Below are positions 17,258-28,142 of a stretch of DNA of 64,000 bases, piece after piece. Each line of letters begins with the position of its first letter. Position 1 is the stretch's first letter. The stretch comes from an uncultured archaeon (GTDB lineage Archaea > Thermoplasmatota > Penumbrarchaeia > JASLWR01), in contig CAYFHS010000001.1 of assembly GCA_964342815.1 (NCBI GenBank), forward strand, positions 1 to 64,000, read 5' to 3'. The position numbers and the translations under genes were made by a program. The notes under the pieces were generated by a model. It was given only the letters and a program-made list of their open reading frames with translations. It ran no database searches and was not told the DNA's origin.

Positions 17258-18586
17258 ATGGATGAAATAAAAAAAGATGATATGATCGATGATGACGATG
17301 ATGACGAGAAGCTTATTGAGCTGATGGGAGACATATTCTCGGAAGAAGATGATAAGGAGAATGGGGTAGACGATTTGGTTCTACTTGGTAAAAGATCGGA
17401 AAAAGGGAGCGGTTCCGCCCGCCGCCCTTTCGATTTTGAAGTGGAATCACGGAGAAAAGCCAGTCTGACCGTAACATCCATGGAAGGGGGAAAAAAGGGA
17501 TTAAAAGAGTTGGGTGTATTGGAGTCCGCAGCAGCGGAACTGCCCGAGCTTGCCCGCGATGATATTCTTAATGTGCTAAAATCAGTTCCCAGGTTGGGTC
17601 ACGTCATGGCGGTTTCAATCGTTGACGGAGGGTTTGATAATTATCATTCGCTATCCACTTTGGAGGAATCTGATCTCAAGGAAATTCCGGGACTGGGTGT
17701 CGACATTGCCGTAAAGATTGTCGAACGGGTAACAAAAGAATATCCTCCAAAAGTGAAGAAAGAGCAAAATGTGGAAGAGGAGCTGGTAATACCGGTTGAG
17801 AAGATCGAAGAAGTGGTGGAGCCAGAACAAAAAGAGCCCACAGAGGAGACGAAAGAAGAAAAATTAACTTCTATCGAAGAAAGCGGAGGCGAAAAAACCT
17901 CTGAAGAAGAAGTTTCCCTGGTTGACGGTGAGGAGAAAACGGTGGACGAAATAGAGAAGGCAGCGGATGAAGGAAAAGAAACTGAGGAGAAAGAGAAAGC
18001 AGGGGACGAAGGAAAAGAAACAGAGAAGAAAGAGAAAACAGGCGTATGGGGGAAGATAAAGGGACTCTTCGCCCGGAAAAAGGGAGCAGGTGAGAAAGAC
18101 GAGAAAGAAGGGGAAAAAGAGGATGCTGAGAGCGAAACGTCATCGGAGGATGAACTGACCGAATTGGAGGGTCTGGACGATAAGGAAACGGGCACCAGTG
18201 AAGCGGAGGACGCACCGGAACTTTCAGATGAACCTACGACACTCATTAAGGAAGTAATCCCTTCAAAGAAAGAGGAAACTTCTCACGAGTCCCATCAGCC
18301 GGAAGATACGGAAAAAAAGGATTATCTTCAGTTGATAGATGAGACTGAAGAGGAAAAGGGGGAAACAAAGGATGTGGCGCCCCCGGAGATCACAGGAACG
18401 GACTCCGTCTCTCCGGTGAGAGCTTACATGGTGATACTGGATGTTGAGGAGGAACTTGCGGAGAAACTCTACTCTTCGGGCTATCGGAACCTGGGGGAAC
18501 TAAAGGAGGCCATCCCCGAGGACCTTGTCTACGTTGAGGGGATCAATCCCACTCTCGCAAGAAAGATTTACGCCAAATTACACTGA
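17258..18586 (+). CDS. Helix-hairpin-helix domain protein with long acidic disordered linker
   Basis: HhH motifs SVPRLG/EIPGLG near the N-terminus and SGYRNL/VEGINP at the C-terminus; E/K-rich middle. Confidence 0.75.
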   Translation: MDEIKKDDMIDDDDDDEKLIELMGDIFSEEDDKENGVDDLVLLGKRSEKGSGSARRPFDFEVESRRKASLTVTSMEGGKKGLKELGVLESAAAELPELARDDILNVLKSVPRLGHVMAVSIVDGGFDNYHSLSTLEESDLKEIPGLGVDIAVKIVERVTKEYPPKVKKEQNVEEELVIPVEKIEEVVEPEQKEPTEETKEEKLTSIEESGGEKTSEEEVSLVDGEEKTVDEIEKAADEGKETEEKEKAGDEGKETEKKEKTGVWGKIKGLFARKKGAGEKDEKEGEKEDAESETSSEDELTELEGLDDKETGTSEAEDAPELSDEPTTLIKEVIPSKKEETSHESHQPEDTEKKDYLQLIDETEEEKGETKDVAPPEITGTDSVSPVRAYMVILDVEEELAEKLYSSGYRNLGELKEAIPEDLVYVEGINPTLARKIYAKLH

Positions 18587-18595
18587 TTTTTTTTT
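18587..18595 (+). terminator. Oligo(T) terminator
   Basis: T9 directly after the stop codon. Confidence 0.5.
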
Positions 18596-18621
18596 AGGAT
18601 GCCGTATGGAAGGAATGTCGC

Positions 18622-19200
18622 ATGGACATAAAAGAGATATTGATAATATCCGTACAGTCCATGTGGTTGATGCTTCCACTGTTCATCTCGAACCCATCGG
18701 CGGTGTTTACGGGAAACAAAAGACCTATTGATTTCGGTAAAAAATTATCCGACGGAACGAGGATATTGGGCGACGGAAAAAGCTGGGGAGGTCTCGTTGG
18801 CGGAACCCTCATCGGCATGGTGGCGGGCCTGGCGATGGCCTTCGTAATGAGAAGCACCGATGCCGGGATTCACTGGCAGTTCGGAGCGAGCCAGGGGGAG
18901 ATTTTGAAGAACGTGTTTCTGATCTCTTTCGGCGCTCTCTTCGGCGATTCGGCGGCATCGTTCATCAAACGCAGGCTGAAGTTCAAGCGTGGAGAGGCTG
19001 TACCGGGCCTGGATCAATTCGACATGATCGCAGGAGTTTGGCTACTACTGCTTATCTTCTCATGGGGATGGTTCACCGATACGTTCATCCGTGACGGAAG
19101 GTGGGTCGGGTTGATCGCGGTGCTGATACTAACGCCGGTCCTTCATCGGGTGGCGAACATAATCGGTTACAAGATCGGCGTGAAAGAGGTCCCATGGTGA
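18622..19200 (+). CDS. carS: CDP-2,3-bis-(O-geranylgeranyl)-sn-glycerol synthase (CDP-archaeol synthase)
   Basis: PIDFGK..DG.RILGDGKSWGG, GALFGD...SFIKRRL..KRGEAVPGLDQFD. Confidence 0.93.
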   Translation: MDIKEILIISVQSMWLMLPLFISNPSAVFTGNKRPIDFGKKLSDGTRILGDGKSWGGLVGGTLIGMVAGLAMAFVMRSTDAGIHWQFGASQGEILKNVFLISFGALFGDSAASFIKRRLKFKRGEAVPGLDQFDMIAGVWLLLLIFSWGWFTDTFIRDGRWVGLIAVLILTPVLHRVANIIGYKIGVKEVPW

Positions 19201-19223
19201 CTCATCATAAGCTTGGATATTAT

Positions 19224-22061
19224 TTACCGCAAGCCCGCCCTGGCTCCTTCCCTGACCTCCAATTCGATATCCCCTACGAAATAGGCTCCTTTTCCCTCCT
19301 TTATCCCTCGTATAAGTTTATCGGCTTCATCAGTCCAGATGTCGTATTTCCCCCCCTTATTCATTCTTATACCCACAGTTTCAATTCCATCCGAACGGAA
19401 TATAAATTTTAATCCGGGCGCATTTGTCTTCAATCTCCATGAATAGTAACGTCTGCGGCGGTACCGCTCGTGGAAATTGACCTTGAGGATCTTATAAGAT
19501 CGGATTTTGTTAAGAGGCAGGTTGTTCTGTCGGATTCCTACGCCGTAGGAAATGGACATCCGAGTGCTGTTTATTGTTATGATCCGCCGGAAAAAAAGGA
19601 ATACCAAAATAGTCCCGATATCGATGAGTATCATAAATATGATGGCATCCCAGACAATTCCAGCCTTGGCAATTATTAATCCGACAAGTCCAAGGAATAA
19701 GAGGATAATCGGTGTAAATATCACGGCGGCCAGATTGTATCTTACATCCCGGTATACCTCCCTTTCATCTTTACTCCCCGATGATGCGTCGTAATTATAA
19801 GCCTGTGATGATATAGCCGACTCGACCTTTTTCTTTCTATCATTTACAAGGCGGTATGCGGCAAATGCGATAACCCCGAAAATATTGAGGACCAGAATAA
19901 TAAAGAGCGAATAGTATCCGATATCCAATAATTTTTCATCCAAACTAAAGCTTTCCTTTCCAATATCTCCATCAGTGTCATTATTTTTGGGAGCTATAAC
20001 CTCTCCGGAACCCTTTGATTTCTCCCACATCAGTATAGTTACGTTGTAATAGACCCTACCCACAGGTTCGGCCCCGCCAAATATCTTTGCGTTGTTATCC
20101 ACAACAAAATACACCTTAGCGTTTCCGTTATACCTGAAAAAGATGGAACTGGCATTGAGAATCGTTCCATTGTCGATAGTTTTTATAGAATCGGATTCCC
20201 CCTTCTCAAAATCATCAATATATCGGGCGTAATTCTCTGCATCCAGTAACAGAAAGTCAACCTTTTGTCCATCTGGCACATCGACGGATATGTTGTAGTA
20301 AATATCGGGATCTGCCTCCAGTGCGTAAGTGCGCATGCCACCAAATGGTATCACCACTTTCCGGGGGTTTTCGGGATCTTCATAATCCAATTCATTTCTG
20401 AACGAGCCTGATTTTACACCGTCCCACGAGGAATAATTTCTGACAATATGCAGTGTTTCAGGTGTGAACGTATTATCATCGAATATTGTTACATTGATTG
20501 TATCTATATCGGTTCCCCCGAACGGATCGGTGACGCGGAGGAGCACTTTATAGACTCCTTCGGTGGTAAATATGTGTTTAATCGTCTTTCCAGATCCCTC
20601 GCTGCCATCACCGAAATCCCAGTGATGGATCAGTTCGAGCCCCTCTGGGTCCCGAGAACCGCTTCCGTCAAAACTGATGTTTCTTTCTGTATTGTGCTCG
20701 AAATCGACTCCAGCATCGGCTTTTGGTGGCTGATTTTCCGGTATGGTGATATTGAGAAAAGCAATCCCTTCGTCCTCACCGTCGGAAACAATCAACTTTA
20801 CGGTTTTAATTCCTTGCGTATCGAATATATGGTTTATTACGGACTCGTTTGATTCATTACCCTTACCGAAATCCCACGAATAAGATTTTATTTCGCCCCC
20901 GTCCAAGTCGTGTGAGTCGATCCCAGAAAAGGTCAATAACATACCCAGGCCGATGGTGCCGGTCATTCTGATAACAGCCACCGGGGCCTGATTATCCAGT
21001 ACCGTTACCGTCATCTCATCGCTGGCAACGAACAAAGCGTCCGAAACGGTGAGTTTCACAATGTATTCACCCGGATCGTCATAGGAATGGCCCACCACAA
21101 GCCCTTCTGCGTCACTTTCGTCACCGAAATTCCAATGATAGGTGAGAGTGTCTCCGTTTGGATCAGTGGACCCAGATCCGTTGAAGGTGATTATTTCGCC
21201 ATACCGAACAGTTATATCGTCACCGGCCCGGGCTACTGGAGGTTTTTCTTCCATAACCTCCACCTGCAGGGTATCATACGAGTGGAAATTGGAGTCACTC
21301 ACATTCAGTGTGACGGTATAAATACCCGAAATATTGAACACATGAGTGGTTAAGACCTCTTCAGCATCCCAATTCAGGCCGTCGGAGATGTCAAAATCCC
21401 ACTTATACGTTATTTCATCCCCATTGGGATCATAGGATGAAGAGGCGTCGAAACTTACGGTATCGTTTACCGTGACCTTCTGGTCCGCTCCGGCCCTTGC
21501 AAAAGGGAACTGGGGTGTAAAAGGGATTCTTATGTAATCGTCCCCCCCGCACATCAGTGCCACCCAGGGAACGGTATGGGAAATATACCTCATGGCAAGT
21601 TGAACCCGGCCATAGTTCATGTTGTATTGCATTCCGTCGATACGTGTGCTGGTAACGTTAAAGAAATTCTCCTTCCTTCCCCCATCCGACTTCACCTTAA
21701 GAATTGGAAATTTGGCCACCGCCTCAAAGAATTCGTCACCATCGGAATCGAAACGAACCTCGACCTCAACGTCGACATCATACATCACGCCGTTCAGTAT
21801 GCGGGCATGGAACAGCACCTTTTCATTCCAGATTATGCTGCCGACCACCCCTGTAATATCCAGTGTTTCCCAACTTCCCGATTGAAAGGTGTCAATATTG
21901 ACTGTTCCGGAACCGGATTCGTTCATTAGGGTATTGTCTTGATTGGGAAATAGGAGCATGCTTTGCGGCCACGGCCCCTGATCAGCCCGGGTTTCTCTGC
22001 CCACGGAAAACAGGCTCCCGCCAATAAACAATATAACCATAATAACGGTAAATCGTTTCAT
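19224..22061 (-). CDS. PKD-domain surface protein with several C-terminal TM helices and a PH-like terminal domain
   Basis: Four PKD repeats (FDASSSYDPNGD..YKWDF, WNFGD, WDFGK, WDFGDG); signal peptide; three hydrophobic helices near the C-terminus. Confidence 0.85.
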   Translation of the reverse strand: MKRFTVIMVILFIGGSLFSVGRETRADQGPWPQSMLLFPNQDNTLMNESGSGTVNIDTFQSGSWETLDITGVVGSIIWNEKVLFHARILNGVMYDVDVEVEVRFDSDGDEFFEAVAKFPILKVKSDGGRKENFFNVTSTRIDGMQYNMNYGRVQLAMRYISHTVPWVALMCGGDDYIRIPFTPQFPFARAGADQKVTVNDTVSFDASSSYDPNGDEITYKWDFDISDGLNWDAEEVLTTHVFNISGIYTVTLNVSDSNFHSYDTLQVEVMEEKPPVARAGDDITVRYGEIITFNGSGSTDPNGDTLTYHWNFGDESDAEGLVVGHSYDDPGEYIVKLTVSDALFVASDEMTVTVLDNQAPVAVIRMTGTIGLGMLLTFSGIDSHDLDGGEIKSYSWDFGKGNESNESVINHIFDTQGIKTVKLIVSDGEDEGIAFLNITIPENQPPKADAGVDFEHNTERNISFDGSGSRDPEGLELIHHWDFGDGSEGSGKTIKHIFTTEGVYKVLLRVTDPFGGTDIDTINVTIFDDNTFTPETLHIVRNYSSWDGVKSGSFRNELDYEDPENPRKVVIPFGGMRTYALEADPDIYYNISVDVPDGQKVDFLLLDAENYARYIDDFEKGESDSIKTIDNGTILNASSIFFRYNGNAKVYFVVDNNAKIFGGAEPVGRVYYNVTILMWEKSKGSGEVIAPKNNDTDGDIGKESFSLDEKLLDIGYYSLFIILVLNIFGVIAFAAYRLVNDRKKKVESAISSQAYNYDASSGSKDEREVYRDVRYNLAAVIFTPIILLFLGLVGLIIAKAGIVWDAIIFMILIDIGTILVFLFFRRIITINSTRMSISYGVGIRQNNLPLNKIRSYKILKVNFHERYRRRRYYSWRLKTNAPGLKFIFRSDGIETVGIRMNKGGKYDIWTDEADKLIRGIKEGKGAYFVGDIELEVREGARAGLR

Positions 22062-22208
22062 TTCCTCACCTGTCGCACATTGGTCACCTTGCTATTTATT
22101 TTTTCTTGGAACTGAGACTGAATGTGAAACATTTTCTTCTTGTAATCCGCGGGAGTGTGAAACTAATTGAAATGGGAGGGATGGAACATATATAGTCTCT
22201 TATGAACT

Positions 22209-22239
22209 GGGCTTGCGTTGGCCTCGGGGCCGCAAGCCC
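22209..22239. repeat. Conserved bulged hairpin, copy 1 (copy 2 at 39523-39554)
   Basis: gggcttgc-gtt-ggcc-tcgg-ggcc-gcaagccc. Confidence 0.65.
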
Positions 22240-22291
22240 TTGAAATATAATAAATGAAATTTAATATATCACGTTCCGTATTTCCGCTTCC

Positions 22292-22927
22292 ATGCACGTC
22301 AGCGCCTTGGTGCTTGCAGCGGGAAGGGCTCGAAGAATGGGGAAAGGTCCCACCAAGGTTCTCTCCCAGGTGAAGGGGAAAACCATCCTCCGTCAATTGA
22401 TGGAAACAATTTCCGGCTCAAGCGTGAGCGACGTAATTCTCGTAACGGGGCACCAGGGGGACCGGGTTGCAGAGCACGCCCGTGATATGATCGAACCCAT
22501 TTTCGCCGGGAGCAGTAAAAATTTTTTCATCGTACACAATGCCGAATACAAGGAGGGAATGGCCGTCTCGTTCCGTGAAGGTGTAAAGTCAGTTCCCAGA
22601 AAATCCGAGGCATTTTTATTGTTCCTCGGTGACCAGCCGCTAGTATTGGCTACTACCATTGATCTTCTTATTGACACATACAAAGAAATTATGGCCAACG
22701 ACGAGAAATATGTCTTGATACATCCCCGTTTCAACGGGAAAAAGGGCCATCCCGTGCTATTCTCGTCCGACCTTCGCCAGGAGATAGAAGAGCTGGGCAA
22801 GGACGATCAGGTGAGGTATCTTACGTGGAAATATCGTGATAGGGCTTTCATACTGGATGTGGATGACACCGGGATTAATCTAGACGTCAATACTGTCGAG
22901 GACCTGGAACTTTTGAGGCGCATGTAG
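22292..22927 (+). CDS. Nucleotidyltransferase, MocA/MobA (NTP_transf_3) family
   Basis: LVLAAGRARRMG..K, GMAVSFREG, FLGDQP, GKKGHPVLF, DVNTVEDL. Confidence 0.9.
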   Translation: MHVSALVLAAGRARRMGKGPTKVLSQVKGKTILRQLMETISGSSVSDVILVTGHQGDRVAEHARDMIEPIFAGSSKNFFIVHNAEYKEGMAVSFREGVKSVPRKSEAFLLFLGDQPLVLATTIDLLIDTYKEIMANDEKYVLIHPRFNGKKGHPVLFSSDLRQEIEELGKDDQVRYLTWKYRDRAFILDVDDTGINLDVNTVEDLELLRRM

Positions 22928-22928
22928 T

Positions 22929-23969
22929 CTACAACAACGTTGCCCCCCGGGGGCTTATTGCGGTTTCGAAAATTTCGCCGCTATCAATTAGCATACTTTT
23001 CACTTTCTTGTAAATTTTATCTTCGGATGAAGTTTCTTCCGGAAATATCACGAAGATGGAGTTTCCCAGCATACACATGGAACTACCCGGTGACACTATT
23101 TTGTTTATTTTCCGGCATAGCTCATGGATTTCAGCGTTCATGAGCCCGGTATCCCGGGCGAAACGGAACGATAATGAGGTCATTTCGGCGAGCAGAGATG
23201 AGACGGAGCCGGGATCGAACAATTGATCATCGCCGGAGTTGGATGCTAATTGAGCAAGTAATTTGTCGACCATACCTTCGCTGTGTCTATTGATCGAATT
23301 CCGTTTTGCTTCGTCAAGAATAATATTCCTGGTGGGCATCCTGCTTCCCAAAACGGCAAGAATCACCCGATTGTTCAGTGGTAAACCGTGTATTTTACCG
23401 TACGGTGGCAGCCCTTCTCGTTCCCTGATCGTTAAACCGCCGACGGATTGGGCCGGAATATCGCCCAGGCCTGTCCCGTGAACTATCTCGCTGTGATGGG
23501 CCATTTGTATACATACTTCTTTTGAGAAGGGAGAATCGAAGAGCCGGTTCAGGGCCAGGATCTGCGAGATAAGCCCTGCTCCGCTCATTCCGAATCCCTG
23601 TGACAAAGGGAGGTCGAATAGGCTGTCGAGTACCAGACAAATCTTTCTGTCACCGATATCCCACAGCTTCGCGCTGTCGCCGTATAGGTTAAAGAAACGG
23701 GAGATCATGTCCCTGGTAGCCATAAGCTCGTGGGTCTCCACGACTCGGCCGTTAGAATAAATGCTTAAAAAAGTCCCTGGGATTGTCTCCACGATCTTTT
23801 CGGTATTGACAAGCTGGGTAAAAGAAGCCTTCGTCGTCACCCCCACCGCAGTATTGAAACCGCTGCCAATGGAGCCTTTTTTATGTGTTTCATCGGACAA
23901 ATCCCAGATCTGGAAAAAACCGGTAATATGTCCGGGACAGAACGCCGAAGCCGATCTTACAGGTACCAA
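22929..23969 (-). CDS. pok: Pantoate kinase (GHMP family)
   Basis: AFCPGHITGFF, GSIGSG, LPLSQGFGMSGA, HHSEIVHGTGLGD, SMCMLGNSIF; adjacent to coaBC. Confidence 0.9.
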   Translation of the reverse strand: MVPVRSASAFCPGHITGFFQIWDLSDETHKKGSIGSGFNTAVGVTTKASFTQLVNTEKIVETIPGTFLSIYSNGRVVETHELMATRDMISRFFNLYGDSAKLWDIGDRKICLVLDSLFDLPLSQGFGMSGAGLISQILALNRLFDSPFSKEVCIQMAHHSEIVHGTGLGDIPAQSVGGLTIREREGLPPYGKIHGLPLNNRVILAVLGSRMPTRNIILDEAKRNSINRHSEGMVDKLLAQLASNSGDDQLFDPGSVSSLLAEMTSLSFRFARDTGLMNAEIHELCRKINKIVSPGSSMCMLGNSIFVIFPEETSSEDKIYKKVKSMLIDSGEIFETAISPRGATLL

Positions 23970-24029
23970 TTAATTCCCGCCGGGTTGATATTATATCCCA
24001 TGGCTATCGAGAGCATAGCCCAAATGGGA

Positions 24030-25238
24030 TCATTCCTTCAATATGTCATTGAATATCTCGTTTGCGTTATCGGTCTTTCGCCCCTCAACGGTCCTCAGTT
24101 CCCCGTTCCTCTTGATTATATGCACCTGCCCCTCTTCTCCCTGGACTTCTCCGAGCTCATTTGCTACGATCATGTCTATATCGAGTTTTTTAAGCCTCTG
24201 CCGAGCGCTGTCGATCAATTTTTTCTTAGTAATACCGCTCTCCAGCTTGAACGCCACAATATAGCTCTCCGGTGCTTTCAGTTTTATATGTTCGATGACT
24301 TTTGGTGTAGGTGTAAGTTCGATCACGAGCTTGTCCGATCTCGATTTTATCTTACCCCGCTGTTTTTTCATTGTGAAATCTGATATGGCTGCACAGTTAA
24401 TAATAATATCGAATCGATACGGATTGGAATAATCCACCAGTCCCATGAGATTGTCCACAGATTCGAAGGACCTCGTTTTTATGAAATAGGGCGGCTCCAC
24501 CTTCGCTCTACCGTACCACAGTTCTACCTCACCCCCTCTTCTGAATGCATTAATGGCAAGAGCCACCCCGGTTCTACCGCTGCTTCGGTTGGTTATCATC
24601 CTGATATCATCCATTGGCTCCGCCGTGGAGCCAGCGATTATCAATATTTTCTTGCCTATAAGGTCTTTGCTCCCGAAGGCTCTTAGCACATGCTCAACGA
24701 CGATGTCCACATTTGCCATTTTTGCTTTTCTCTCGCTTAATACCGGCTCGATTATATCGACGCCCATATCCTTCAAATTCCTCATGTTCGCCTTTATGGA
24801 CGGATGTTTATACATGGACCCGTGCATGGCAGGCAGGATCATTAAAGGGATGCCGCTGCCGATGGCAGTGGAGGCGAATAATGTAACGGTGGTGTCGCAT
24901 ATCCCGGTCACGATCTTTGATATCGTATTTGCAGTGCAGGGAGCGATGAGAAATAGGTCAACCTGACTCTCCACCATGCCGCAGTATTTCACATGTTCCA
25001 CATCGCCCGTGATCTCGGTCACCGGTTCCTTCCCGCTTGCAAAACATATGGATTTTGGTGTGATTATCTCCAGTGCATCCTGGGTCATGACCGGTATGAT
25101 CTCCGCACCATGTCGTATCATTTCACGAATGAAACGGACACATCTCACTGCTCCTATTGACCCGGTTATTCCGAGTACTATCTTCTTCCCTTTAAGCTTT
25201 TGACTTTTAATCATGTATATGCCTTCGCTCGGATGCAT
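24030..25238 (-). CDS. coaBC: Bifunctional phosphopantothenoylcysteine decarboxylase/synthase
   Basis: GKKIVLGITGSIGA, APCTANTISK, PAMHGSM, GSTAEPMDDIRMITNRSSGRTG, AAISDF, VAFKLE. Confidence 0.95.
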   Translation of the reverse strand: MHPSEGIYMIKSQKLKGKKIVLGITGSIGAVRCVRFIREMIRHGAEIIPVMTQDALEIITPKSICFASGKEPVTEITGDVEHVKYCGMVESQVDLFLIAPCTANTISKIVTGICDTTVTLFASTAIGSGIPLMILPAMHGSMYKHPSIKANMRNLKDMGVDIIEPVLSERKAKMANVDIVVEHVLRAFGSKDLIGKKILIIAGSTAEPMDDIRMITNRSSGRTGVALAINAFRRGGEVELWYGRAKVEPPYFIKTRSFESVDNLMGLVDYSNPYRFDIIINCAAISDFTMKKQRGKIKSRSDKLVIELTPTPKVIEHIKLKAPESYIVAFKLESGITKKKLIDSARQRLKKLDIDMIVANELGEVQGEEGQVHIIKRNGELRTVEGRKTDNANEIFNDILKE

Positions 25239-25359
25239 AGGCTAAATTAGGTCTTACTGATTTTTATTATTATTTGTCCAATATCACAATATCTAGAAAT
25301 TCGACTATGAAAGGATATAATATCCCGATGTTGGATTCGATATCAATTACAGCTTGAGT

Positions 25360-26622
25360 TCAAATGTAGGATCCAACCCGCTCCATCCCTTCGATTATCT
25401 TTTCATGCTCGTCGCACAAGGGACCAAAAGACACCCGTATTCCTTTTTCCATCGATGGACCAAAACCCGTACCAGGAATAAATAGAACTCCTGTTTCCCG
25501 TAGTACATCCTCAGTGAACCGTACCGGGTCCGTTCCCACTTTCACGCAGGTATACAGTCCCCCCTTCGGTTCCAGGCGCGGCCTGCCCATATGTTTGTCT
25601 ATGGCATTCATCGCAACGGCGGCGGTTTGCTGATAAAGGTTCCGCATCTTATCTATGTAGTTAGCCAGGCTTCCGTCTGATAATGACTCTTCTAGGAACC
25701 TTGCGGTAGTCATGGAATGAAGAGAATCCGGGCTCAATAAAGTCGATTCGACCAATCTCTCCATGGCCTCGGTGATCACAGTTGGGGCTTCCAGCCACCC
25801 TAACCTTCTTCCAAGACTCGAAAGCCATTTCGAATTGGAGTGGATGCTTATAAGGTTTGGTATGTCCTCACAGGACCACGAATAGGTCTCGGGCATCTCC
25901 CCGAAATACTGTGTCTTGTAAGCATGGTCCATGACTAGATACGCACCATTGTCGGTAAGAATGTCAAGAAAAGCACTCAGGATTCCGGTCGGCAATATCT
26001 GGGAAGTTGGGTTGTCGGGATCGGGTATGACAAGAGCCTTTACCTTCCCCTCACTGCACAGTTCCTTCAATAATTCCTCGGGAATTTCCGGGTCCGGCAT
26101 ATATTCCCAGGTTGATGGATCCAACGCAGGAAGGAAATGTACCGAGGAGTTCGGAAGGGCGCACTTTACAGCATTGAAATAATTCACATACGACGGATCG
26201 AGAACAGCTATCCCGTCTCCCGGGTTGCAGATCACCCTAAGGACGTCGTGAAAAAGCTGGGTGGCAGAATGGCCGACGCATATATTCTCCGCTTTCAATC
26301 CAGTTACGGAAAATATCTTGTTCTCGAAATTGGAGAGTTGTTCCCTTATTTCGTAATTTCCTGTTATGGCACTGTACCTGCCTGATCTGTGGAACGCGGT
26401 TCGATCCTTGCATGTGTCGACATATATCTCGCGAAGTCTCTCCGGTGCCTCGTGATTGCACCATCCGCCCCCAAAAGAGATGACCTTTTCGGGGTCGAGC
26501 CCCATCTTTACTATGTTCCGTGGGTCCGCGATCTTCATAATACTCTGGATGGGGGACAGGGTGCTTATGGTCTCCTCCACCAGGGCGGACAAACACAGTG
26601 ATTCCGCTCTTTTTTGTACCAT
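25360..26622 (-). CDS. PLP-dependent aminotransferase class I/II
   Basis: ISFGGG, PDNPTS, DHAY, SNSKW..LGRRLGW (PLP lysine), FIPGTGFG. Confidence 0.9.
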   Translation of the reverse strand: MVQKRAESLCLSALVEETISTLSPIQSIMKIADPRNIVKMGLDPEKVISFGGGWCNHEAPERLREIYVDTCKDRTAFHRSGRYSAITGNYEIREQLSNFENKIFSVTGLKAENICVGHSATQLFHDVLRVICNPGDGIAVLDPSYVNYFNAVKCALPNSSVHFLPALDPSTWEYMPDPEIPEELLKELCSEGKVKALVIPDPDNPTSQILPTGILSAFLDILTDNGAYLVMDHAYKTQYFGEMPETYSWSCEDIPNLISIHSNSKWLSSLGRRLGWLEAPTVITEAMERLVESTLLSPDSLHSMTTARFLEESLSDGSLANYIDKMRNLYQQTAAVAMNAIDKHMGRPRLEPKGGLYTCVKVGTDPVRFTEDVLRETGVLFIPGTGFGPSMEKGIRVSFGPLCDEHEKIIEGMERVGSYI

Positions 26623-26697
26623 TGGGTCACTTCCTTTTGCGACTTCGACTAAAGAAAACGTGAATAAATTCGAAATAGATATTTCATGCTCATAGGA

Positions 26698-28107
26698 CTA
26701 ATCCGGCAGATCGGCGAGTAACTCTTCCAGTTCTAATGTGTCGAGACCCAATTCCTTTCTTAAATCATATGCTTTGTTCAAGCGATCTCTTGCTCGGAAG
26801 AATTCCTTTTTCATCCCATGCATGATGCCGATGTTCTTGTAACATGCAGACATCCCTACTCGGTCTTCCAGTTCCAAATCTATCTTCAATGATTTTTGGT
26901 AGTAATCCAGAGCCGAATCGAAGTTCTTACGGGCAGCGGCAACGTTACCCTTCTGTGTGTAATTAGCACTAATGCCCCTTCGATTACCTGTCTCAAGATC
27001 GATCTTGAGCGATTTTTCGGTATATTCCAACGTTCGTTCATAATCCCCCTGCCTGAACATTACATTGGATAGGGAATTGTACGCATTGCTTGTGGCAGGT
27101 TTATCGTCGAACTCATTGGCGATTTCCAGTGCTTTCCGGGCATATTCCAGGGCACTATCGTAATTTCCAAGTTCGCAGACGATCCCACTCATGTTCGCGT
27201 AATCACTTCCCATGCCCGCAATATTGCCCGTCTTACGGTCCAGTTCCAGCGACCGGCTGTAATGATCCATTGCCTCAGCGAAATTACCAAGTTCCTTCGC
27301 CACATTCCCGAGACTAGAAAATGTCGCGCTCATGCTATCCAGGTTCCCCAGCTTCTCGTTCATCTTCATAGACCTGTAATAATATTCCATTGCTTTCCCA
27401 TGGTTTCCCCTGTGGTGCTCCATGTGCCCCAGGTCGAGAAAGCAGGCAACTATTCCGTTCCAATCGCCAATATCGGTAAACAAACTCTCCGCCTGCTGAT
27501 ACCTCTTTTCCGCCTTGTCGATGCGTCCCTGAAAATTATAGACCCGGCCCAGCCTGAGCTTGCACCAAGCAATATTCAACGGATCTATCCTCTTTTCGTA
27601 TATGGAAAGAGCTTTCTTGTAGTTGTCAACAGCGTTTTCAGGTTTCCCGGCCAGGTAGAACAGCTCCCCCAGTTTCATGTACAATCCAGGGTCCAGAATA
27701 ACTCTTCCGGCACTTTTCTCCAGTTCTGTAAGAGCGTTCTCTACCTTAGATATCACACTTTTTTCTGTAGGCGAAAAGGTCATATCGTGGGGGAGCCCTT
27801 CGTCATGCGGTAAACCGACTCGGATCTTGCATGCAAATAACTCAAGTAACTGCGAGAGTTCGTTCAGACCGAACCCAAGTTTAATTTCGCCCACGTCAAC
27901 AATGGTGTTTGCGTTCCCATATTTAAAATAAGTTTTTTCCTGTCCGCTCAAGACAGCCAAATCCTGTTTCCCTCTCTCTAGATCTGCCTTGATGGTCTGA
28001 GAAATAATGTCGATTTCCGCATTATCCCCCCTCAATCTTCTACCGCAGATATGGCAGAATATTGCATCATCCGGTACTGTAGCACCACAATTCACACAGT
28101 AGCTCAT
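26698..28107 (-). CDS. Zinc-ribbon plus tetratricopeptide repeat protein
   Basis: YCVNCG..FCHICG; about 8 TPR_12-like repeats (LGNV...GNFAEAMDHYSRSL). Confidence 0.88.
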   Translation of the reverse strand: MSYCVNCGATVPDDAIFCHICGRRLRGDNAEIDIISQTIKADLERGKQDLAVLSGQEKTYFKYGNANTIVDVGEIKLGFGLNELSQLLELFACKIRVGLPHDEGLPHDMTFSPTEKSVISKVENALTELEKSAGRVILDPGLYMKLGELFYLAGKPENAVDNYKKALSIYEKRIDPLNIAWCKLRLGRVYNFQGRIDKAEKRYQQAESLFTDIGDWNGIVACFLDLGHMEHHRGNHGKAMEYYYRSMKMNEKLGNLDSMSATFSSLGNVAKELGNFAEAMDHYSRSLELDRKTGNIAGMGSDYANMSGIVCELGNYDSALEYARKALEIANEFDDKPATSNAYNSLSNVMFRQGDYERTLEYTEKSLKIDLETGNRRGISANYTQKGNVAAARKNFDSALDYYQKSLKIDLELEDRVGMSACYKNIGIMHGMKKEFFRARDRLNKAYDLRKELGLDTLELEELLADLPD

Positions 28108-28142
28108 TAGGTTTCACCGGGTAAGTTTACTTAAATGATTTT

